Shown one piece after another: positions 54,985-64,000 of a DNA stretch of 64,000 nt (positions are counted from its first letter, which is position 1; each line of letters starts with the position of its first letter). This stretch comes from Lingula anatina (taxonomy: Eukaryota > Animalia > Brachiopoda). The position numbers and the translations under genes are program-made. The stretch is taken from assembly GCA_051362555.1 (NCBI GenBank), contig CM120640.1:30895967-30959966 (forward strand). Reading direction: 5' to 3'. Below the pieces are notes generated by a model. The model searched no databases. It was given only the letters and a program-made list of their open reading frames with translations, and was not told the origin of the DNA.

Positions 54985-55809
54985 TCGGTAGGGGGTGTAA
55001 CTTCATCCCTGCACAAGATTTTGTCACCAATGTGGCAAAGTTGACCACAAGTCTCTGGACTATAATCCTGTGCTGTCATTTTTTATGGAGTTATGAACCC
55101 CTAATAACAGATTTCCATTCAACAAAGGCATCATTTTGCTTTGTTAATGATTAAATCTGAACTAAGGCTTTTAAGAAAAATTGCTGGCAGGGTTTTGGAA
55201 TATTAAATGGTGTCATTAAATTTGTGTTAAAACAGTGTTTGTGCGTGCTCAGGTAAAAGAGAAATGTGACATGACGTGTGTAAATGCTAATTAATTTTGT
55301 CATGAAACACTGAAGATATATTTATTATCCAAAATGATGTATGTTTTCAATAAATAAGGAGTTTTTGGCAAATGTTTAGTAATATAGTATCCTTAAAAAA
55401 GACAAAGTTTCATAATTTTATAATCCAAACTCAGTTTCGGCACCTAGTTTTTGTGCATCTCCACACTCCAGCCCATGTTTCTTCCTCACCAGCCATAATA
55501 CACATCTCCATACTCCAGCCCATGTTTCTTCCTCTGATCGAGTCACCAGCCATAATACACATTCCTTTTGCATTATGTCAACCATGAATCAGGCTGAAGT
55601 GGCAATCCCTCTACAAATATATAAAGAGAGAAAATGAAAATGTAATTAATATAGGCTTGCACATTCACTTAAATAAATGAATGATTAAAATATAGGGCAA
55701 TGCCTAAACCATATCAAAAACAAAAAAATGGGCACCACCTCCAGTATTGCACTTGACAAGGTCTACAAAATGCAATAAAACAGAGATCTCTGGCATTTAC
55801 CATTCCAGA

Positions 55810-56406
55810 TTTAGAGCGAGTTTTCAGTTTCGGTATCTAATGGCGGCTTCTCCCGTGAAAATGCACCGATTGACCCCAAACTCTCAAAGATGAAAGGAGT
55901 CCCCAATGGTAACCCCTCACTAAAATAGGAGAGCTTAGGGCTGCATAGTTTCCAAAAATTAGCACAAACAAATATTTTTTTACAGAAAATTCCCATTTTT
56001 AGAAAATTTTGGCTTGTTTGACCTTGAAAAAACAGTCAAAAGTCAAATCCAAGGACATATTTAGAATCTCCACATATGACTTTCGGTCAGACTTCTGTAG
56101 TAATTTTTCCCATAATTCCTTTGGTTTGGGAGATATTTAGCATTGAATTTTCAAAAATTTTGACAAGGGTGCATTTCAACAAGCGTCACGCCCAGGCCAG
56201 TGCACTGACGGAGACAAAAAAACCAGGGTGTTTAAGTTGAGATTATATGTGACCTAAATCCAAGAGATGGGGACACAGGTCCTTGCGGTCTAGGAGGAGA
56301 AGCGGTAACGGTGATTTGTTTCCGGCGCCCGACTGCGGAGCCAGCGGAGCTGTACGAGACGGGTTGGGACTAAAACCATGAGTACCGCCAGCGTACACGC
56401 TTAATA
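55810..56406. mobile_element. Possible non-autonomous Helentron/HINE-like insertion
   Basis: GC-richer block containing 'ttgaccttgaa..gtcaa' motifs and ending in a short hairpin 'agcgtacacgct' followed by taataa. Boundaries are approximate. Confidence 0.3.
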
Positions 56407-56866
56407 AGATTCATATTAAGAAAATGCCCATCCTCATAAATGCAGAATATTAAATATAAACCAAGCTAAACATTGGACTTTACTTTATATAGATTCCTGA
56501 TTAAGTAATATAAGCCAGTTGATGGCACTGATTGAAATTTTAAATGAAATATGATGTTACCCTTTTCTGCATTCTTCATTGAGCTCACGGCAGCCACCTT
56601 TTATTAAATAATAAAGCCCACCAGAATGGACTATTCTGGCAATCAAAGTTCTGAAGCTTATATAAATGCCAAGAATATTGTCAAGGGATAACAAATCATA
56701 CGAGATCCATACTATACTTTACAATAAATACATTGTAAACAACTCAGAAATGTAATAAATTCTATTATACCACCAAAACAGAAGTTATCATAATTATGTG
56801 TTAATTAAGTTGAACTTACTTTGGGTCTTTATATTCATTGCCAAAATCTCAAATGCCTGTGAAATG

Positions 56867-56900
<34 letters not shown>

Positions 56901-57190
56901 TACAATTTCAACCTGACAGTGATAATATAAACTTTTTTAGTCAATGATGTATGATTTCATCATTAACTTTACAAATTTTGCATTTATATTATTTTGTTAG
57001 TCAGAAAAATTAACTCACTTTTTGTTTAATAAACTTTGCTCCAAAGTAACCAGCTTTTTTTTTTTTTTTTTTTTTTTTTTTGTGAACAGTATCCCTTAAT
57101 AAAGTTTGCATGCCTTTGAAGTTTAGGTATGTCTATGTTTTGTTGAGGTTACAAACTATTGTCTGAACCGTGAAGCAATTTAGCATCTTA

Positions 57191-57370
57191 AACTGCCTTC
57201 CCACAGATTTTAGATTGATCTATCCCCATAGGAAGTCTCACTAGATAACTGTCAGCTTAGCCAGCTGAAACGTCTGTCCGGCCTACTAAAAGCTGACAGC
57301 AATTGATCATGAACCCCCAGGGAGTTAGGTCAATCCAGATAGATCAATCTAAATCTTTGGGAATGCAGTC
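57191..57370. mobile_element. 180-bp PIF/Harbinger (Tourist-like) MITE with TTA TSD
   Basis: TTA|aactgccttcccacagattttagattgatctatc ... gatagatcaatctaaatctttgggaatgcagtc|TTA (~32-bp imperfect TIR). Confidence 0.8.
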
Positions 57371-57609
57371 TTAGAAAAACTGTAATTAAAACTTAAATGC
57401 CTTTACATTTTTCACCTACGTTTCCTTTTCTTCTTCACTTGAACTATCCACAAAATACAAAATTCTAGTGGTTTTACAATTGGAACATGGTAGAAAAACC
57501 ATAATTTTTTTAATTTCCTTACGTTTTGCAATCTTTGAGAGTCACGTTCATCCTAAGTGCCGGACAGGCAATTATAATCCTCTACAATCTGAAAAACAAA
57601 ATTAATAAT

Positions 57610-57613
<4 letters not shown>

Positions 57614-57652
<39 letters not shown>
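57614..57652. repeat. (TA)n microsatellite
   Basis: Direct reading. Confidence 0.95.
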
Positions 57653-57655
<3 letters not shown>

Positions 57656-58237
57656 ATATATAAATTCTTTTATGTAATTATTTGTGTATTAATTTTTTGA
57701 GATGTACAGACACAGATGTCACTACGATCATGTAGTTGTCACTTGCGTCTTTCGTCACCATTCACTTTCAGTGATAACACCATAAGTGGAAAAACACTAA
57801 CTTTTCTCTTAAAACTTTTGAACTCTCATGTTTCTGAGGTCTATGCTAGTTACACATCCCTAATATATGTGTTACTTGTTGTGCACAATTAAAACTTGGT
57901 GTTGATTTTGCTGTTAGGCCTAATTCATTATTGCATCTAATGTTGTGTATCATTTAATGTTACATCTGGTCAACACCATTATACGGCTCAGAGACATAGA
58001 CAATAACAAAACCAACAGTGAAAAAACTAGGTATATAGGATGATATCATGGACTGAACACTACAGTAATGAGGAAGTACTAAATAATCTAAAAATGAAAA
58101 GATAATTGTTGAACACCACAAGAAAACAAAATTACCTCATTTTGGAGATATCATAAGGAAAAATAATTTGCAGCTGTTGTTGTTAAAACCTGCTTTTTCA
58201 ATAGGAATTAGCCATCCACAGACAGGTAGAGAATGGA

Positions 58238-59460
58238 AAGGGTACTCTGGAAAAAGAGCAATATAATTGAAAAAAACTGAAAATAACACTGAAAACACTG
58301 GCAAATTCCATGACTTAAAATAGTTCAACATTAATAATTTTGTCAAATCTAGTCCAATGTTTCTGATATTTGTACAAATTAAGCTTAACAACAATAAAAA
58401 TCTTGTTTGTTTTTTTTTTTAAGTGTAATTTTTTTTATGAAATTGATAATCAGAAGAGTGAGAATTAACCAGATTTAGTTTCTAAATTGCAATGTATTAT
58501 TTACTCTCAAAGAAAACAGCAAATGTGATGATTTGGGGTTGTTTGAGTAAGAGGTGGCAAATTACCTATAAGTTCTATCTGGAAAACAATATAAACCCAT
58601 ACAAAACTCCTTACTACCAATGGCAGATGCAGATTACTGCTTACAATGGGTTTCTGGAATGGGTTGTTGTTACCACAATATTTGACAAATCTTGCCACAT
58701 ATCATGTATTGTAATCATGGATAAGAGATAGTACTGCTCTTGATGCTGTCTTTTACTGCCAGCTTTTTCATGTTAAGGGTACTCTGGAAAAAGAATAATA
58801 TAAATAAAAAAACTGAAAATTACATTGAAAAGACTGGCAAATTCAATGACTTAAAATAGTTAAATGTTTACAATTTTGTAAAATCTAGTCCAATATTACT
58901 GAAATTTGTACAAATGATGCTGAACAACAATAAAAATCTGTGATAAGCTGATCAGTTGACTGTGTCTAATTAAAAGTATTTTTTCAGACAATATATTTGA
59001 ACAAACTGAAAATTACATTGAAGATTGGCAATAAAAATATGTGATAAGCTGATCAGTTGTCTGTCTTTTTTTAAGCATCAGTTTTTTTTGGAAAGAGAGA
59101 AGAGTGAGAATTAACCAAAACTAATATTTCAACATTGAACTGTATTATTTACTCTCAAAGAAAACTGCAAACATGATGATTTGAGGTTGTTTGTGTAAGA
59201 GGTTGCAAATTACTTATAAGTATTATATGGAAAACAATATATACCCATACAAGACTTCTACTTATTACCAATGCCAGATGCAGATTATGGGTTTCTGGAA
59301 TGGGTTGCTGTTAGCACAATATTGACTATGTCCTAAATCTTGCCACATATCATGTATTGTACACATGGATAAGACATAGTGCTGCTCTTGGTGCTGTCTT
59401 AAGCTTTCACTGCCTGCTTTTTCATGTTAAGGGTACTCTGGAAAAAGAATAATATAACTA
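58238..59460. repeat. About 2.3 diverged tandem copies of the A+B unit of the 1-38 kb array
   Basis: Shares 'cagaagagtgagaattaacc', 'gcaaatgtgatgattt', 'ggaaaacaatata.acccatacaa', 'gggtactctg' and 'tctagtccaat..tt.ctga.atttgtacaaat' in the same order and orientation, with many substitutions and indels. Confidence 0.92.
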
Positions 59461-60095
59461 AACAAGGCAGCAAAGCTGTCAAATGTACAGACAAAAACAG
59501 AAAATAAAAATGCAGATAAACAGGTCATTTTGTCAATTTAGATGCAATAATAAATAATGCTTATAATAGCACAGTCAATCAACACTGAATTTTAATCATG
59601 CACAACAGGTAACATGGTCAATAACAGGAGCAGATCCAGAGATATTTTCTGACAGTATTCCAAATTATCTTTGTTGATCCATCCTCCATTTTTGATAGTT
59701 TTCCAACAGAAAAAAATAGATACCCATCAATGTAAACTTTAAATCTGACCGTCATCTGGAAGACCCAGAAGATGATCTCAATCCGCTGCAATAAGATTAC
59801 AGTTTCAGGACAATGAGCGTTCAAATTCTTATAATGAAAATCCCAATAAGTTTCTTTCCTGTAAGTGTGAGAGGAATAAGTGACATGGTTTTCCTTTAAT
59901 GGTCACTATGGAAGCAGCTACGGCAATAGGTTTTCTTCAATTTTGATGCAATATTACACAATGCTTAACAGCATATCATGACCATCAATAATAATAATAA
60001 AATAAAAGTATTATGGATATTCAGAAAATGTGACTAGCAAAAGTCTTCAAGCCCATGGAAGTTCAAAGTCACATCTTGAAAATCCCAAAATGTAA

Positions 60096-62147
60096 ACAAG
60101 AGATAACTGTACTGAAAAGAGTTTATTTCCATTTTCAACACCTTTTTTACATAAAACAAAATAATCAATTTACTGTCATTTTTATATGATCAACTGAGAA
60201 CAGTGTTGTCAAAGGAAAAATATCAAGAGAATATTTGAAATGTCCAACTTGCTCCATTCTGAGATTCTGAACTTGGTGAATGATTTAATCTGACAAACTG
60301 CAATGATATGAGTTTACTTCCATTTCTGACACTTTATTACACAATACACAATAACAGGTTTACTGCCATTTTTATATAATCAATTAACAATATTGTTAAA
60401 AAGGAGAAAATGTCAAAAGAACACTTTTAACATATCTAATTAGTCCTATAATGAGATTGTTAACATGACTAAGAATTAAATCTGAAGAAAAACCACTTAT
60501 ATACAAAAAAGGCATAACTTCATCAAAACTTAAAGCAATAATAACTCTTCCTTTGAGATTCAAAATTCCGCATGAAATACATCGTAAACAACGCATGGAA
60601 ATATATTCTATTGTATTTTACCACTAAAACGGCCGTTATTGTAGTAAAACTAAAATCTGTGCTTGTCAATAGGGCTTACGATGCTTTTCTTCCCGGTCAT
60701 CAAGGCATTCGTTGCTAATGACGTAATGGTGTCACGCGGATTCTCGCGTTCATTCGAGACCAAAATAACATATGGCGGCAAACGCATTAATGCAGACGCA
60801 GACGTAAGTTGCGAGTTTTTGTACAGTGCGTCGGATAACGAAAAGCCCAGAATGGCACACATTGTGGATATTAATGTATTTTAACAAAAAGACGAATATA
60901 TCTCATGAATCTTATATAGTGTTGTTGTTGTCTGCTTTTCCCGCGGTTTTAAGTAGGTCAACATTGACTATGCGATGTCAGAGAGAGCTCCGTCAGTTAA
61001 AATCTCTTAAGAGATTTTAACAAAAAACCGTACGTTTAGGAAAAAAACCCTGGATTAACTTTGAATGCAGGAATGGGGTCGCTGACCATTGGTAAGTACG
61101 GGAAAATTGCCGTTTACTCCAGGAAAATCCAATTTTTGGCCAAAATGAAGAGTTATTATGACTTTAACTGATCGAACTTATTTTCAAACTTGATCTGTAT
61201 ATTATTCAGACTGATCACTGCTGTGAGTTGCGAGACAATAGGCTGATCAATTATCCTTGAAATGTGTTATCAGTGTTGCATATATGCTGAAAAAAAAGCA
61301 CAACTTTTGTAATGGTTTGATCAAGCTGATTTTCAAACTCTACCTGTATTTTAGTAAGACTGATCACTCCTGTAGGTTTCAAGACAATAGGCCTATCAGT
61401 TTTCCTTGAAATGTGTTATCAGTGTTGTACATATGCTGAAAAAAGCAAAAAAAAAACAATATAACTTATTAAACAATGGCCCGATCATGTCGATTTTCAA
61501 ACTTGCCCTTCGTATTATCAATGTTAATCAGTTCTGTAAGTTTCAAGCCAAAAGGTAAAATGGTTCTCCACTTCTTGTCTTATCAGTGTTGCATGGATGC
61601 TGAAAAAAGTGAAAAATAACAGCATAACTATGGAAAAAATCATGCTGATTTTCAAACTTGACCTGCGTATTATCAATATTCATCAGTTCTGTAAATTTCA
61701 AGCCAAAAGGTAAAATGGTTTTCCACTTATATCGTGTAATCAGTGTTGCACATATGCTGAAAAAAGTAAAAGAACAATATAACTTATTAAATAACGGTCC
61801 TATCATGGTGATTTTTCGAATTTAACTTACGTATTATAAATATTCATCGGTTTAAGTTTCAAGCCCAAAGGTAAAACGGTTTTCCACTTATTGTGTTATC
61901 GGTGTTGCATATAGGCTGAAAGAATGAAAAAACTTAGATAAAAATAGCCCCATCATGCTGATTTTCAAACTTGACCTTGGTATTATGAATATTCATCAGT
62001 TCTGTGAGTTTCAAGCTAAAAGGTAAAACAGTGTGCCACTTATCATGTTATCAGTGAAAGCGCATGGCAACGACGGTGACGGCAACAGCAACAGCAGACA
62101 CAGGTGACGGTTACATGTACAGACACACCTGTGTCTGTACATAAAAA
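60096..62147. mobile_element. Helentron-associated (HINE/pearl-like) non-autonomous element with ~120-bp internal tandem cores
   Basis: Begins aacaaga. About 7 cores ('gattttcaaacttgacc...agtttcaag...ttatcagtgttgca.a..tgctgaaaa') lie at 61170-62060, then a GACGGC/ACAGC-like microsatellite and a 13-bp-stem hairpin (62115-62142) followed by AAAAA. Related ends occur at ~51180-51248, ~62838-62915 and, inverted, ~57700-57790. The left boundary is uncertain. Confidence 0.55.
60534..61163. mobile_element. Non-autonomous Kolobok-like DNA transposon (TTAA TSD)
   Basis: TTAA|agcaataataactcttc ... gaagagttattatgact|TTAA (15/17 TIR, purine-purine termini). Removing it restores a HINE-like core repeat. 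Confidence 0.75.
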
Positions 62148-62499
62148 TCTGAAATAAGCTGATCACTTCCCTGTTTCCAATTTAAGTGTAGTTAATTGAT
62201 ATCAGAAGAGTGAGAATTAATACAAGTCAGCAAAGCTGTCAAATGTACAGACAAAAAAACAGGCAATAACTATGCAGAAAATAGACTACTGTCAATTCTG
62301 ATGCAAAAGTAAATTATGTTAAACTGCAAATTCAACACCAAATTTAAATTATGCTCAACAGGTAATACCAATGTAAGTAAAATGTGTAACAAGTTAACAC
62401 TTTGAAAATGTTTAACCTCCAGAAAAAGAAGCCAATTAGACTGCTTTTCAAATTCAGGCTGCATTTTAGTCCTGTATTTCTTTTTAGAAAGTTAGGCAA

Positions 62500-64000
62500 T
62501 CATAAGTAACATGGTTTTCCCATAATGGTCCTCATGGCAGCAGCACGTTTTTTTCAAATTTTGATGCAATATTACATAATGTTTAACAGCATAATGACCA
62601 TCAATTTTAATAATAAAATATTAGTATTATGGATATTCAGAAAATGTGACTAGCAAAGGTCTTCAGGCCCATGGAACTTCAAAGTCACAACAACAAAAAA
62701 AGCATAACTACTACAATAGTTGCCCCGATCATGCTGATTTTCGAACATGACCTGCGTTTTATGAATATTCATCAGCTTTGTAAATATATAGCCAAAAAGT
62801 AAAACTGCCTTCCACTTATCGTGTTTACAATGAAAGTGCATGGCGTCGGCGACAGAGACAGTGACGGCGACGACAGACGCAGGTGATGGCAATATGTACA
62901 GACACATCTGTGCATATTTACTGTATTGTTTGAGACCAGTAAGTGACATGGTTTTTCTTAAATGGTCATTATGGGAGCAGTGCCCAAAATAGGTTTTTTT
63001 CAAATTTTGATGCAATATTACATAATGTTTAACAGCATAATGACCATCAATTTTTAATAATAAAATATTAGTATCATGGATATTCAGAAAATGTGACTAG
63101 CAAAGGTCTTCAGGCCCATGGAACTTCAAAGTCACAACTTGAAAATGCCAAAATGTAAACAAGACAGCACTGTTCTGAAATGGTTTTTTTTTTTTATTTA
63201 TAACAATTTTTTTAACATAAAACAAAATTAACAGGTTACTGCCATTTTTATACGATCAACTAAGAAAATTGATGACATGGGAAAAATATCAATACAACAG
63301 TGCTGAATGTCCAATTTCCTCCATTCTGAGATTCTGAACATAGTGAATGATTGAATCTGACAAACTGCAATGATATGAGTTTATTTCCATTTTTGAAACT
63401 TTATTACACAATACACGATAACAAGCTTACCATCATTTTTACAAAATCAACTAATAATGTTGTAAAGATGCAGGAAATGTCAACCAAACACTTTTACATA
63501 TCTTATTAGTTCAATAATGAGACTGTTAACATGCCTAAGAGTTGAATCTGAGGAAATGTGAAAAAACAGCATAACTTCTAAAATAATGCCCCGATTATGC
63601 TGATTTTCGAACTCAACCTACATTTTAGTAAGACTGACCACTCCTGTGAGTTTAATGACAATTGGCCTATCTGTTTTTCTTATATTGTGTTTACAGTGTT
63701 GCATATATGCTGAAAAATGAACAAGACAGCACTGTTCTGAAATGGGTTTATTTCCATTTTTAACACTATTTAAACATAAAACAAAATAAACAGTTTACTG
63801 CAATTTTTTTATGATCAACTAAGAAAATTGATGAGATGGGGAAAATATCAAAAGAACAGTGTTAAATGTCCATTTTCCTCCATTCTGAGATTCTGAACAA
63901 AGTGAATGATTGAATCTGACAAACTGCAATGATATGAGTTTATTTCCATTTTTGACACTTTATTACACAATACATGATAACAAGTTTACCATCATTTTTA
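62500..64000. repeat. Mosaic of local duplications related to 59870-60500 and 50750-51250
   Basis: The block 'ttttgatgcaatattaca...ggatattcagaaaatgtgactagcaaa' occurs at ~59940, ~62560 and ~63005. The block 'ccattctgagattctgaac...gacaaactgcaatgatatgag' occurs at ~60254, ~63322 and ~63880, with a diverged copy at ~50780. Confidence 0.85.

Larger units (their letters stand above)
51788..59437 (-). pseudogene. Decayed multi-exon gene for an EGF-like-repeat, single-pass type I membrane protein
   Basis: AG/GT-bounded exon-like blocks: 53033-53129; ~52861-52930 (WCQADDFANQKYIHGVCAVEENQ); ~52613-52675 (EYYGEYCEK); 52238-52325 (TAAIVVPIILGVILLEAVIVVFLFLQRR, TM plus basic stop-transfer); 51788-51980. 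The last three join with consistent phases 1/1/2. Further small AG..GT blocks lie at about 55.45-55.6, 56.56-56.60, 56.82-56.86, 57.52-57.59 and 58.14-58.25 kb. Stops, frameshifts and lost cysteines are present. The 5' extent is uncertain. Confidence 0.55.

Noticed and set aside
59618-63015. ORFs at 59618, 60396, 60650, 61543, 62270 and 62650
   Set aside because: They fall in non-autonomous repeats whose other copies do not conserve the frames.

Overview
AT-rich metazoan (probably marine invertebrate) nuclear DNA, not prokaryotic. Bases 1-38055 are a nested tandem array: 33 full and 1 partial copy of a module A, each followed by 1-9 copies of a 193-bp module B, with unit lengths of about 379+193n bp and several higher-order block duplications. 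On the minus strand every A module begins at a polypyrimidine-YAG splice acceptor and carries a degenerate EGF-like reading frame. Diverged, apparently ancestral copies of the unit sit at 58.1-59.5 kb, at the 5' end of a decayed multi-exon minus-strand gene for an EGF-like single-pass membrane protein (51.8-59.4 kb). Bases 38-64 kb also contain many transposon remnants: a 5'-truncated L2/CR1-group LINE, a CR1-like fragment, a CMC/EnSpm-like left end followed by a two-exon ORF, a DIRS-like gag+RT fragment inserted into an exon, several MITEs (Tc1/pogo-like, PIF/Harbinger-like, Kolobok-like) and Helentron/HINE-like repeats. No rRNA, tRNA or CRISPR was found. Coordinates were counted by hand, and family assignments come from motif recognition, not database searches.
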